A DNA stretch of 64,000 bases from Amoebidium appalachense (GCA_963693365.1 CAVNZM010000004.1:9576468-9640467); one strand, 5' to 3'. Numbered from the stretch's first letter, positions 1 through 15,803 are shown. The notes: generated by a model not told the origin, from the letters alone. Numbers and translations are program-made.

Positions 1-1267
1 GGCCAATCGTTTCCCTGCGAAATATTCCATGAACAAAACCCAATCAGAAGAAAGAAGCAAGCACCGAATATGGAAGTCATGGAATGCTGAAATATTCTTC
101 GAATCGGTAATATCTGTCGCAGTTTACCTAGTGTTTGATTGGCTATTAGTGTGTAGCTACAAGCACCGACGCTCACTTCCGAGTAGGGAAATCATATAGA
201 GTTAGAATGCCTCATAGTAAGATTCCAAGCAAATATAGCTCATTGTAACTTCATAATTCTCTATTACTGGCATCTATAGCTCACCACTGTCATGGGAGTG
301 GCGCATACGTATGTACAAATGGCATATGCTGACCGCACTAGTGGGTCTTTCCGTTCCTGAAAGGTTTTTTGGGTTTGCAAACGGGATCGTGTAATTGGTG
401 CTTGTTTGATGTTAGACAGTTTAAAAAGGAATTTCGGATATATGATTAGTTCAATTTTAAAATACTTATCAGAACCGCAATCAATCCTCAAAAGCTCCTC
501 ATCAATTCCCCGAAATATATGCAACTAAAGAAACCGTTAACCACATAGATCGAAAATCACTGAACAATGGGCTAACTTTAAAAACAGCCAATCGCATGAT
601 CCAATTTGCTAAACCTCATTATTTTTAGAAAGGAAAGACCCAACTGAGAGCCCCAATTTGACCCCCAAAGCAAACGTTTCTGCCATTTGCTACATATCAC
701 GTACATTTCTTACTGTTATGGTTGATCGCACATACCAAAGATCAGTTTCGAATGACCGTGACACGGCACACGCAACTGTGCAGGAAAACCGCCAAACCGG
801 GGAAGGAAAACCAACTGTTTTGCCTTGAGCTGCCAGTGTGGAACATCAAAACGTTTCCCGTACATAAATTAAGTAGAGAAAGACAGAGTATTCTCGCTTT
901 TTTTACACGCCCGCACCATTGAGTCATTCAGGTACAGACCAGTTGTCTGGCACGTGATACGACCGCTCAGTAAGGGACTATTCGAAATCCTTACAGCTCT
1001 ATAGCCCGATCTCATTGAATTGATGGACGGACTGAACCTATAAACCAAACCCTCAGGAGTTGTATTGCTTTCTCCACACATATATATTCCCTACGCTGCA
1101 ATTTCTAGGCTTTATAAATTTGCCACACCACAGAGAACTTTCTTTTTGCAGTGCAAAGCTACTCATTCAAACCCATTTCGCTCAACCGCGGACACAACAG
1201 CAGTAACTGTTGGCATAACTTACACAACAAACACTGAGCGTGGGGCAAGTGCACATAGCACGCCACT

Positions 1268-2362
1268 ATGTTGCAGCTCCCCAATCTCGCCACCTTGTCT
1301 CTAATCGTACCACAAAAGGTTCTCCCGTTTGGCTTGAGCGATGAGCCAGCAAGGGGGGAGGTTGGTTTGCACGAGTTGTCGGCGCGAGGAAACGTAACAG
1401 AGGTGGAGAGGCTACTGCAGCAGGGGGTGAATGTGAATGAGAAAAAGGTATGTTTCTGTGTGTGTGTGTATCCCCCCAGGTGTATGTTTGGCATGGATGT
1501 TTGTGTGTTAGTGTGTTTGTGTGTGTGTTCGTGTGTGCGTGTGCGTGTGTATGTGCGTGTGTGGGCGTACCTGTGTGTTTGCATGTGTGTTTTTGTGTGT
1601 GTATGTCGATATGTGTCTATGTGTGGTGCGTCTCCGTGGGCGTCTGTGTGCCTATGTGTGTGCATGTTTTTATATCCTTTTTGCCTGCGTCCCAATTGTG
1701 ATTGCATACATAAAGTGTTTGTGGGTTTGCATGTGATCGTGTGTGTGTGTGCCTGCTTGTGTGCCTGTCAGTGTTTGACTTGGGATGTGTCGTGTTCAAA
1801 GGCGTGACGACACGTATACGTGGGAGTCTCTCTGTACTATGTATTCGGGGAAAATCCAGTGCGCGCAATATTCAACCTTGAGCTTGTGCATGTTTGTAGC
1901 TTTGTTTATAGTAAGCATGCATCTCATCTGCACGGGTGCATGTACCTTGGTGTTGGTACCTGCCTGCATGTGTTCGGTGACGACTTCACTCCGAATATTC
2001 GAAATGAATTTTTACCTTGGGGAACTTGTCCAAGCGTGATTTTTTCCCGAGTTTAAATATTGCGTAAACATCGTACGATGACTTTTTTTCGGAATCCTTT
2101 GAAGATACTCGCGTGTTGTCGTGCATCAAATTCGAAGCAAACAAGCAAACCACAGAAGCCCCAAGAGCGAAGCCAAAGCCTGCGGCGCTTGTATAGTGCC
2201 TGTCAGCCGTATCGCAATTACACACACACCCTTTTCCGTTTTCCTTTTTTCTCCTTCACCTACCCTCTCCTCCCTTTCTTTTCTCTGATTTTGTGTTGTT
2301 GTTATTTTAAGTTTATACTTATTTATCAGTTAATGGTTTTTTTTTTGTCTGTGTGTGTGTGT

Positions 2363-2393
<31 letters not shown>

Positions 2394-3209
2394 CTTTGTA
2401 TTGATGTTTTTCCCCTCCAGGGTGGAGATACTCCGATCCATATGGCCATATATGGGTTCCGTACCCAGGTAGTTGAATTGCTTCTCGAATATGGCGCACA
2501 GCCAGACGCATACGACGGGGTACGGACCAACCCTCACCCATCCACCATGCATTTATGTAGTAATACCAAAAACGAGCAATGGAAAGAATACCACAACACG
2601 AAAAGCTCTGTTTGTGTCATCTCCCCAAATGCCAAGGCACTCCAAGGCACACGGCACCCACATACTCCTTGTGCAACAAACGCACGTCTAGACATGCAAG
2701 AAGACATAAAAACTTGAGCTATGCCCTCCAAAACACGCAAAACATATAAGATGCATCTTTCAAAAAGTTCCACGTACACACGTGCGCGCGCGCGCGCGCA
2801 GCACACACACACACACAAACACAAACACACACTCTCTCTTATTCTCATACACATGAAGATAAACCCATGCCCTCCACCCTGAAAGCCGAGCTCCCTGTTC
2901 TTTTACCTCCATCCAATACTCAACCTATCCCCCCCCCTCCCCCCTCCCCCCCCCCCCCCCTCCCTCCCCCCATCCCCCCCCGGAATACAGGCGGGAATGA
3001 CGCCACTACACTGGGCAGCCGAGACAGGCCAAACAGCCACGGTTGAGCTATTAATAGCACGTGGGGCTAATATTGACTGCCGGGCCAAGGAGACCGGCAT
3101 GACCCCCCTGCACATGGCATGCGGCGGGGCCGGGCACACGGCCACGGCGTTGAAATTGCTGCAAAATGGGGCAAAAGTCAATATTCAGGATAATGTGAGT
3201 GTGTGCTTG

Positions 3210-3280
<71 letters not shown>

Positions 3281-3776
3281 TGTGTGTGACTGGCTCTTGT
3301 TCATGTATTAAATACTGTTCGTAGTCTTAGGCATCTATTTCTTTCTTTGTTTCTTTTTTTCCTTTTTTTTCCCGAGTTGGCATTGGCTTTCTTTACGAAA
3401 AGTCAAACACGGTTGCCCCTGTTGAATCAAACACACATATAATCGATGTGTGTGTGTTACCCATTTTAGGCTAAAAATTGACCAACCAAAACATGCAGAG
3501 GGGTCGAACGCCCATCCACTACGCAGCATACAATGAGAGGTGTGATATTCTACAAATGCTCCTTGAATACGACGCAGACATCAATATATACGATAAGGTT
3601 TGTCGGTGCCCTCCCCCCCCCCCCCCCCCCCCTCTCCCTGAAGATGGGCTCTGCTTATCATCAGTGACACATACTGTGGGCATTGCTGATGTTGCATACT
3701 TGAATGTTTGCCTTTGCAGGTGTCCTGCACCATGCTTCCCATCGTGTTTGTGTACTTCGTACCGTGTTCCGCATTC

Positions 3777-3824
<48 letters not shown>

Positions 3825-5137
3825 ACACGGCCGCCCCCTGCATTCTCTGTTTTTCTCACAGGACAAAAATAAATATTTTCATTTTGGTCGAGGTCGTGTC
3901 GTTCTTACGCAATCAGTACTCTCTCTGCTACAACCTCCCACGTGTGTGACACATAACAGGAGAGGCAAATTATCACCCTGGTACACACCCGTGCATTATA
4001 GCAAAATAGTCAACGAGGTATCTATCTATCTAGCAGAAAAACTAACCAAATATTCGTGAGTAACCATCTAGGGAAATATTCAAAAAGACGTTTTCTAATC
4101 GGCTGTCGCTCTCTAGGATGGCCGCACACCTCTACACCACGCAAGCAGTCACGGGGACATGCGAAAAGCCGAAATTCTTCTCAATTGGGGTGCCGACGTG
4201 TGGATAACAGACCCGGACAACGGCGCCACTTTATTACACTGGGCGGCTGAATTTGGTGAAACTATGACTATAGAAAGATTACTGATGATGGGTTTGGATC
4301 CAAACGCTGCCGAATATAGTGGTCGTGCGGCGTTGCATTATGCGGCGTACAATGGGCATATTGATACGGTTATGGCACTGTTGCAAAATGATGCGGACCC
4401 CCTGGCTATGGATGAGGTAGGATGGTTGCTGCATTTTATGTTGTTGTTGTTGTTGCTGCTGTTGTGATGGTGCAGGTGGAATGTGTGTGTATTGGGGGGG
4501 GGGGGGAGGGGGGGGGGGGGGGAGGAAGGGGAAGTGGGGAGCGGGGAGAGGGAGGGGGGGGGGAGGGGGGAGGGGGGTTGGACTAAATCAACGTGCGAAT
4601 AATGATGTTTTGGTTTGGTGATCTGGTTATATACATTCTTGATTAATAAGTTACGGTACTGCCGAAGAATTGATTAAATTGAAACACATCCCCATTCGAT
4701 TACCAGATGTTTGCTTTTCCAGTTTGTTGTGGTAATCTTGAAAAGCTAGAATTCACCGAAAAATCCGAGTGAACATTGCACATACCTGAATATCCAGATA
4801 TAACCCCTGTGTGCCATCAGATATCTCACTCGTTTGGATATGCAGATGGAACTTACAGCTGCGGACTTGGCCGAAAAGGAGGACCACATGGATGTTGCAC
4901 AGCTCCTGAGACAGGTGGGTTCTCTCGTTTTATTTACTATTTTATTTATTTTTTATTTATTTTTTTTTTAAAAAAAAAAGAAGAAGAAGGATTACACGAT
5001 GAGACAAAGACATTGTTCGTTCGTGGATGCAAGAAGCTATGGGCTTGCCCATCCCCCCCCCCCCCCCCCCCTCCCCCCCACACACACCCACCCACACACA
5101 CACCGTGGCACACGCTGGCAACCTGTTGAGAGGCGGT

Positions 5138-5189
<52 letters not shown>

Positions 5190-5360
5190 GAAGGGGGGGG
5201 GGGGGGGGGGGGGGGGGAAACTATCGAGTATGTGGTAAGGATGGATGTGCGCCCGATTGTGTCATGGCATTTGTATTGTCATGATCGCTGGCTGCCGGCC
5301 CTCTCGATGCGATTCTCTGACTCTCCTATCTGACGGGCACACTTCGCAAAGAGGTACTGT

Positions 5361-5419
<59 letters not shown>

Positions 5420-5616
5420 GTGTGTGAGTGTGTGTGTGTGTGTGTATGTGCATTTGTGCTTGTTTGTGTCTATGTGGTATCTATTTATGCTTGCTAAGGC
5501 ACTGACACTGTTAATGTTTGCAGGCTGCTCGACCAATGCTGTATGTTGCTGCCCAGGGGATGTACATGCGTACCCACCAACCGACAGGGGGGAAAAGGCA
5601 ACTGGCTACCGTGTGA
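1268..5616 (+). CDS. Ankyrin-repeat protein (~8 repeats), 7 exons: 1268-1447, 2421-2519, 2991-3194, 3499-3597, 4117-4416, 4846-4914, 5524-5616
   Basis: Repeated G.TPLH.A...G....V..LL..GA motifs ([56 protein letters not shown]). All introns are GT-AG and phase 0, and the exons join in frame to TGA at 5614-5616. The last exon is the least certain. Confidence 0.9.
3636..3779 (+). mobile_element. 5'-truncated unit of the hammerhead-bearing intronic repeat (CTGAAGA segment plus tail, subfamily 3)
   Basis: TCC-CTGAAGA-TGGGCTCTGCTTAT ... CCGCATTCAA followed by poly-C; tail similar to the 28800-28935 minus-strand copy. Confidence 0.75.
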
Positions 5617-6233
5617 TACATGGCCAATGAAGTCGAAGAAACATGGTCTTCGGGAAGTTCGGTTGTTGACTTCCATTAACTGACGTACCCCGACTTTAAG
5701 CTTTTTCAATTTTGGACAGTTGACTGAAATGGGTAATCCGCTTGAGTCGGTTTCTATCTGGAACCAGTATTAATATCCCGTAGAAAAAGGTTCGTTAAGG
5801 TACAGTGTAGGCCAACTTGCTTCGTCTCTGCCTGTGATCTCTCTCCCCAAATGAGATGCCGTTTGACATTCGGAGGATTTCCATAGTCATGTCAGGTTTT
5901 TATCCCCCTCAATGACGTTTTTTCTTTGCCGATTTGTTAAAATGTTTTCTTGGTTTCGAACTCCACGTGGAGAGACAAAGCCAGTGGATTGTGGTGTCCG
6001 ACGCTTTGGTTTTGAGCACTGTAAAGTAATTGCTAGGAACAGCAAAATCCTTTCTGGAGGTGTACACTGTGCCATGTCCTTCTAGGTATTAGTTTTAAAA
6101 CAAAAAAACAGTTCATAAACAAAAAAGAAGTAGGAATATATGTTCAGCGGACCACCGATTGTGTGCAACTTGGTGTGTGGAAATGCGAGCATGCATGCAG
6201 TCCCACACACAAATATGTAAACGGTTGTTCTTG

Positions 6234-6592
6234 TTTCATGCTGTTTTGATATGACATACATGTGACTGTTTCTCCGAGGGATATTTTTGCAATAGCTATG
6301 CACAGAAAGGTGTGTAGCATGTGAAAGTCGGTAAACATTAGGGGGAGGGGGTTGGGATTGTGCATGCAAAACGTGATGGGCCCAGTGCAAAAGCCCCCTT
6401 TCTGGGATCTATAACAAAAACGAATTTCATGCTGTTTTGCTATATGATATACAATCACTGTTTCCCCGAAGGGCCCCTTTGCATGAACCATGCACACAAA
6501 GGTGTGATGGCATGTGAAAGTCGGTGAAGAGTAGGGGGAGTGGGTGGGGAGTGTGAATGCACAAGGTGGTGGCCTCATGGCAAAAGCCCCCT
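6234..6592. repeat. Tandem duplication with a ~190-bp unit
   Basis: TTTCATGCTGTTTTG...GCATGTGAAAGTCGGT...CAAAAGCCCC occurs at ~6234-6400 and ~6425-6592. Confidence 0.7.
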
Positions 6593-6725
6593 TCACTAAC
6601 TCCTTTCCCCCGTTACTATGACATGCATACAGCTTCACTGCGGCAACCCCCCCGGCCCCCCCTCCCCTCCCCCCCCCCCCACCACCACCCGGCCACACAC
6701 ACACACACACACACCACGCACACAC

Positions 6726-6836
<111 letters not shown>

Positions 6837-7549
6837 TCCCTACTATCCTATGTGGATACAGCAGTCAGTGAGTTCGAGGTGGAATGAGAGAAAAGGGGTG
6901 GTACGTGCCATGATGTATATCCCGGTGAATATCCATGGATATACCACACCATATCCAATGGATATCCACCGTAGTGCATGTATTTGGGGAGCCACTTAAC
7001 TACAGTAGGTCAAACATGGGGCCATGTCCAGGCTTATCTGGTAGCGTGTGCATGTGCGACGTGTGTGTTTGTGTGTGTGGGTGTGTGTGTGGGTGGGTGG
7101 GAGGGGGGGGAGACTAGGAGAAAGTGGTCGCGGTGGTGATTCTGGTGATATTTTTCCCTTTTTGGTTTTCGGGGGTGGGGGGTGGGGGGAGGGGGGGGGG
7201 GGGGAGCTGATCGTCAACTTTTAGAAAGGGGGAGGGAAAGTGAGCCTCCCCGTGAGGGGAGGGGAGGGGGGGGGGGGGGGGATTTGGTTTGAGACATGTA
7301 ACAGGTCGTGTTGTTCACATTTTATTCATCATTCTTGATGGCAGCCATTCGACACCGTTCTTGAAGGTGGTGTAGGGAGGTGTAGAGGTATATGAAAGTC
7401 AGTGACAGAAAGAGAGAGGGGGGCAGGGGGAGAGTGATTTTTTCGTTCTTGAAGGTGGTGTAGGGAGGCGTAGAGGTAAATGAAAGTCAGTGACAGAAAG
7501 AGAGAGGGTGGCGGGGGAAGAGTGATTTTTTCAAGAGCTGTGTGTCTCT

Positions 7550-9400
<1,851 letters not shown>

Positions 9401-9649
9401 AAAAGGGGAAAGCAGGAGAGCCTTAAAAACAAAGAAGTGGATGTGGTGACATGGAAAAGTAAGAGAACAAACGGGAAACAGTGGGGTGGTGTGTGTATTT
9501 AAATGTGTTTTACTCTGTGTGGTGTGTTTTTGTACCTGGAAGCGAGGTGAGCTTGAAGGGTACGAGTTACATTCACTCGTCGTGTGTGGATTCACTAACA
9601 CGTACTGATGTGTTGCCGCACGTGCGACGTTTTAACATCTACTGAGGCG

Positions 9650-9682
<33 letters not shown>

Positions 9683-10103
9683 AGACACCGCCTCAGCAGG
9701 TGGTAGGTGGATTCATTAGCTATAGGCGTGTGGGTCCGGGGTTGAACTTGCACGTGGAATGACGATAATGATATGAACAGGAAATGCCAATTGCATTCCA
9801 ATCTTTTTGTTTTATCCCCGTATAGCCAATAATATGGCCCGAACAAGTCCTCCTAGAGTTTCCAGTATTTCAAAGTCTTCCGCGCATGCGCAGTCTTGGA
9901 GCAGCGACAGCGAGTACAACTGAAAAGTCACCGTAAATAATGCCTAAGTAGTGCAGAAAGTGCGCATGTTACCTCAAAACGTAAGGTGACTTTTCAAAGT
10001 TTCAAATCTAGTGTTTTGTTGGTCTCTAATCGTAACTTTCTGCATAACTTACTTACCTAAGTCGTGATGGTCTCCCTTGATCGTGGTTCGAACAAGTAGC
10101 CTC

Positions 10104-10309
10104 TGTAACAGGGGTGTCCTAATACTACGATGGCGCTCATTGTTGCCTAGGGGGTTTACACACTTTTTATTGCGTGGACATTGCCGGAGGCCCAGCCACA
10201 TTCGACGGCCTACTGCGTTTTCCAGCACAGCCAATCAAATGCAGCCAGTGACATATGTACATGCTAGGCAACAATGAGCGCCATCGTAGGATCTGACACC
10301 CCTATTACA
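10104..10309. mobile_element. MITE-like element with ~46-bp terminal inverted repeats
   Basis: TGTAACAGGGGTGTC...ACGATGGCGCTCATTGTTGCCTAG (10104-10150) is the near-perfect reverse complement of CTAGGCAACAATGAGCGCCATCGT...GACACCCCTATTACA (10264-10309). No clear TSD. Confidence 0.7.
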
Positions 10310-10311
10310 TA

Positions 10312-11234
10312 TTATGGGTAAGCAGATGCTAGCATCGGTAGCTCCGACAGAAAGTTAAGGCACCGGATCACAATATCATACTGTGCAGCATTAATAAGGT
10401 GATCTAGGATAGTCATCTTAAAACGGATATATTGAGGAAGAGATGAAGAAAAGAGAATAAAACCGCCAATAACCTCCGGTTCTAATACATTAGCTAACAG
10501 GTTGCATTTATTGATAGATATGCAGCCGCGAGTAAACCGCCCCCCACACATATTACACATACGAGCAGGAGACACCAGAAACCGATTACACCGCCAAGCC
10601 ATAATCATCTTTGCGTTTTTACACCACACCACATTACGAATAAACGAATCTATGTATGAACGAGACTCTCTAACCGTATCCGCCATATAGGCTACTAGTA
10701 GTTGGTGTTTGTGCGGTCCTAACACCGGAAGGGACTCAACACCTAGAGTAAAAAGATATCTATCAGCCATAGACTTGAAACTATTCATATTCACACTATG
10801 ATCTAGCCGTACCTCCGGGGGGGTCGCCAGCCATTCCACATAGCGCTCGGCAATGGGCAGAGACGATGGGGAAGGGAAGAGGTACAGGGGCGAATCCGGC
10901 GGGGATGCGTGTAGCCGGAAGAGCGGGTGGTCCGGGGCACAAGCGGACAGGCGGGTGATGTGCTCGTGAAATTTAAGGGCTAATTCGTGTACGCGTTGTG
11001 ATGGTGGTGTGAGTGCGTAGAGAGAATCAAAAAGGCGTCTAGGGATAGGTGTGGAAAGACCAGTGAGAAACATACAACAAGTTGTGTAATGGAAATCATC
11101 TAATGATTTGAGGACATTAGTAACAGTATCAGGGGGTGCCATAGCTAGTAAGGGCAACCCGTATTCCGACAAAGGGCGAATATATGTGCGAAATATACTA
11201 AGACGATTGTATAGGTGGACAGTATGAGAAAGAG
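10312..11234 (-). mobile_element. 5'-truncated non-LTR retrotransposon ORF: C-terminal part of the RT (thumb) and a Cys-rich domain
   Basis: IFRTYIRPLSEYG matches the LYKxxIRPxLEYG motif that follows non-LTR RT domains. C-terminal WR...CxxC..F.R....C and T.LD.L.N motifs; intronless; the RT core (YADD) is absent. Confidence 0.75.
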
Positions 11235-11354
11235 TAGCATGCACATATGCATGTCACTGGCTGCATTTGATTGGCTGCGCTGGAAAACGCAGTAGGCCGT
11301 CGAATGTGGCTGGGCCTCCGGCAGTGTCCACGCAATAAAAAGTGTGTAAACCCC
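11235..11354 (-). repeat. Inverted copy of the MITE-internal segment 10152-10266
   Basis: ~115 bp nearly identical to the reverse complement of 10152-10266 (GGGGTTTACACACTTTTTATTGCGTGGACA...GCCAGTGACAT). Confidence 0.85.
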
Positions 11355-12415
11355 AACAAGCAGTACACGAGTGGTGTGCAATTCATATCACCGACAGGCC
11401 AGAAAAATCTAATGGATTTTTGTTTGTAGAAAATATATAGAAGCTCTGCTGGCGTATGGTGTGCCTAGCAATTATTTGTGCTACGTTGAGTGTGTCTTTT
11501 CTTGTTGAAAAATCGGTGACTGATATTTACGTAAATATTTGAGGTGAGCGGTCAGTCACGTTTGTCATCGGGATACGAACTATAAAGATTATCTCACCAA
11601 ATAGATTTTGTTTCCGACTGACTGTCGGCGGTTCGGGCAGTCGATCGTCGGACTTAGACTGAGCTGCACTTCTGTCTGTGCTCGTGTAGGTCATACAAGC
11701 CTTCTTGGGCACATGTAGGAACATAATACCGTAGTTGTCAATGGTGTTTCTGCTGTAGGCAGGGACACATAAGGGTTGTTGTGCACTGTCTGCCTTTGGC
11801 CCTGATCGCACGTGATCACTGGGAATGATGATTATTTGGTTGACATCACAACCTAATAACTTAAGAGGCCCATCCATTCACTGCAAGGCTAGTGTTGTTT
11901 TCAGCAATAGTTACTGAGGCAGGGGCATATTTCCGAGTGTGTGCAAGTTGCCTGACGTCGTGTGCACCCGCTCGGTGAGCCCGAGCGCGAGGGACTGTGC
12001 TGGATGTTACTACCCAGGACCAGGGACGGGCATACGTAAACAGCACGCACACACTCCACATACAGTTCCGTGACTACTGAGGTTTATCATGGCATCACCT
12101 TGGACTCCAGTTGTTTCGTTCTACGCGTGAACACCCGCCTATTGACCTGTAGTTGGTGTCTCTAGACAGACGTCCGTACAATTCGCCAAGCGTTGTGCCG
12201 ATTTTTGTGCCGAGTATAGTGGTCTGAGAAACGGAGGTCATAACTTGTTCATGCTCTACTAGGCTACTCTCGGTGAGCTTTTCCTAGAGACCTCCCCACG
12301 TCAATCATCGTCACGGCTTATATTTTGCCTTTTTCTGGTTACAAAACTCTCTCTATCAACCTAGCTCGTCCCCACTTATACCACACACTCAAAGATCCTT
12401 CCTTACCATCATAAA

Positions 12416-14261
12416 ATGAAAGACAAAGACCAATACAACCACAACGAGAAAACGTCAGTTGCGGACAGTAGCCTCGTTTTCTCCGCCAGTGATGAAGACA
12501 GCCACTGCAACTCTCTCTCCACAACCATGACGGTTAAAACCTCGGAAAATGACTTTATCAGCTCAAAAGCAAAACACAGAGACGTGTCATCCTTACCTAG
12601 GAACCACGATTTCGTGTCGCCATACTGTGTCAACGAGACCATTCAGCAACATTACCCACACACATCGTCAAACGATCGACAAAGCAATGAGCCAGGAAAA
12701 GATAATCATTGCTGTAAGCATTCGAGTCCAAGTGAGGATGTGACCCGCAACATCACCGTGGTGCCTGTGTTCGAAGGCGAGCGGCTGGTACATTCCCGCT
12801 GGCCAAGGCCCGAACACAGACTCCGTAACGGCTACTACCTCGTCTCCTGGGTTGCGTTTTTTGTGGGTTTGTTCCTTTTTGTGGCTGTGGAGATCATAAT
12901 TTCTGTTTACACAGCTCCAAAGGTTCCGAACAGGGAAAACCCGCTCTACTATCTCGAAGCAGCAGCGACCGACTTCCTTCGGGCAGTGGAAACCAATTCC
13001 TCGAACCAGGACATAGTGTCAATCTACCTCGTCGACAGGCTGGCGTTGTTCAAACGTGAGCTAATACCAGTGTGCCGCATGCAAATGTTTGTGAACTTTG
13101 CTTCCTCGGGCCTTGTGCTTGTGTGCATCGTGCTGGCACTGTGGTGGAGACACCACGATTCTGTCAAGTCGCGTGGAAAACAGCACTTGTTGCAGTTGTG
13201 CGTTGCTGGCGCCGGCCTTCAGGTAAGGCATAGCTTCCCCCCTCCCCCCCCGCCCCCCCCCCCCCCCTCCCCCCCCCCCCCCCCTCCCCCCCCCCCCCCC
13301 CCCCCCCCCCTCCTGCCGCCGCCGCCGCCCCCCTTCCCCCCGTGCCCCCTTCTCCCCGCCTTCTCCCCTTCTCCCCTTCTCTCACAGCGTTGCAAACTTG
13401 ACTTGAATCATACCCATTTCTGACTGAGTGTCACGGACCCTCGGCTTTTTACATCTTTATAGACTGAGTTGCCTACATGTTTGGTTACTCATATTCTTCC
13501 CTTCCCAACAGCTAAGCCTTGCTGCCCTGCAAGCAACCACATTTCTCTGCTTCGTGTCCCCTCCATCCCTCGAGGAATACGAGACACCCGTAGCCGCTGG
13601 GAACGCGGCCTACGAGCAATTGCGGAAAATGGAAGCATACATGTACGGTTGCCAATTCGCCGTGTTTTTCTTCATGTGCTATGTCGTGGGGAGTTTTGTA
13701 CAACGCCAACGAGTTATTTACCACATTTTCGTTCGGAATCCGTTCCTTCCTCTGAAGACGGTGAACTATTTCACGCCCGCGCCGTGGCACGGATTGGTCG
13801 CTGTTGTTGTTATGTCTTCCTACACCATCAAATTGGCGTGTTTTGAGTGTGTCAGCTGGACAGGTTTGCCAATCATTTCTGGTGTTCTCTTCTTAATTGC
13901 TGTATACACAACGTGGTTGGGTTACTATGTGTTTCACACGACGTCCGCACACCAGAAATTTAGCGATTTTGCGCAAAACCTGCGAATTTTGATCGGGTCT
14001 GGGGTTTTTGCGTTGATAGCCGGGCTAACCTACGTGTTGTGCCCCACGCTCATCTATAATGCGCTAGTGTTTACTGTTGCAACGCGTTGTTTCAACAACC
14101 TTATTGTTTTGGATATGCTAATTTGTCAGGTTATCCAAAGTAGATATATCCGGCCTGAGGGGATCCATGATGGGGAGATGGATACACCCATCCCGTCGGT
14201 CCCCGTGGAATCTAGCGATCATGGGATCAATCGACGGGAAGTGGAACATAATAATGTGTGA
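12416..14261 (+). CDS. Multipass membrane protein of unknown function (~518 aa), exons 12416-13222 and 13512-14261
   Basis: Two long non-repetitive ORFs joined by a phase-0 CAG|GTAAGG...CAACAG intron. Hydrophilic N-terminus followed by about 8 hydrophobic segments. Confidence 0.8.
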
Positions 14262-14634
14262 TTGTTATTGTGTAGATAGAATGCTAAAGCGCTATTACCA
14301 CCATAATATGACCACCTCACCGTGTCATATATGATCATATTAAATACTGGCAGCCTTTTCGGTCAATATTTACTAAATAGTGTAATCACTACTTAGTTAT
14401 TTGTTAGCGCAGGCTGAACCGGTTGACTGGGTAACTGACTTAAGGTGAGGTGAGTGTTGCTACAACACATGTAAGGCTATGTCTAATTAGGTGCTGTTGT
14501 ACCAGCCACCATGACTAAAATTCACTAATCATCATGGTATATCCAAATCTTGTTATCCCATTGAACTGATCTTGGCTATACATATTTAGCAGTACTAAAT
14601 AAATCTTGATAGACTTCTGGAGGGGTGGGGGGAT

Positions 14635-14672
<38 letters not shown>

Positions 14673-15624
14673 CGCACGTGTGTGGGTTAGTAAATGTCAT
14701 TGAGCGAAAGAGAGATAGGAAGAATGACCGAGCTTGTGTGTCTGTGTGTGTACCACGCGTGTGCGTGTGTCAATGCGCACGCGCGCGCGTGTGTGTGGTG
14801 TGTACATGTGTGTACATTAACATAGCGTGTGAGAGGATGTGTGTGCGTGTGTCTCTGTGTGTCCACGTCACATTTATGTGTGTTTGTGTGCGTGCGCGTA
14901 TGTGTGTGGGTGTGTGTTGTGTGTGTGTGTGTGTGTGTGTGTGTGCACATGTGTGTGTGCATGTGTGTTTGCACGTTAACTTGCCTTTGTGTTTGAGTCC
15001 GTGTATTTTATGTTATTTTTGAAAGGCCGGGAGGAAGGGGGTGGGGGGGAGGGGCGGGGAAGGGGGCGAGAGTGGGTTTGCAGCCCGACATATTAATGGT
15101 TGGGTTTAAGCCCGGAACACCCACTTGCAATTTTTTGAATTTGCCCTGCAGCCGATCATCATTGTTAATCGATCCGTGTGCACTTTGCTAATCAAATGCA
15201 ATTACAAGACGAGGGGAAAATAATAACAAGGACCGGTTATCTGTGCGTACCTATTCAATGGTGGTCACAGGTGGGTTACCCGGAAGAGGCATGAAGTTGC
15301 CCAGGAGTGGCGCGGAGGGGGGGGGGGGGGGGCAATAGTCGAAGGCATGTTCCGTTGAAGTTGTTTGAATAACACTGTAGATAGAGCCTATTCTATCGGA
15401 GTTGAACAAAGCGCTTGAACATCTCTCAAGGAACGAAAGCACCGTAGGTGGAAGGTGACCGTTTATTTAGCGTCTTGACAACAGGTCCTCTGTCTCCCCC
15501 CCACTACCGTGTCCACTCCCTCGTGCACACACACACAGCCATCCAGTAGAGAGACACACAACGACAAAATCTCACCACCAACACCATGAAAAAACCTTTC
15601 TAATAACATGAACCCCGTGCTCCT

Positions 15625-15661
<37 letters not shown>

Positions 15662-15803
15662 TTCCTCTCCCAACCCCACACACACCTGCCGCACTTGCGT
15701 TCTAGCACTACACCTGCTACCTCGGCCCAGCCCGGTGTTTGGCCAATTTAACCACTAAACTGCAAACAGCCAAGAACTGACTTATCTGTGCCTTGTCACG
15801 TTA

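Noticed and set aside
1-1200. Several CCAAT boxes upstream of the ankyrin gene
   Set aside because: Short motifs without TSS data; ordinary promoter or intergenic sequence.
9500-9970. Promoter-like GCGCATGCGCA motif (~9882) with a possible minus-strand transcript running into the 7.3-9.4 kb repeat region
   Set aside because: No convincing coding exons found; the motif alone is insufficient.
11400-12300. Complex non-repetitive sequence with a 116-aa minus-strand ORF
   Set aside because: No recognisable motif or consistent exon structure; may be a decayed element or a UTR.
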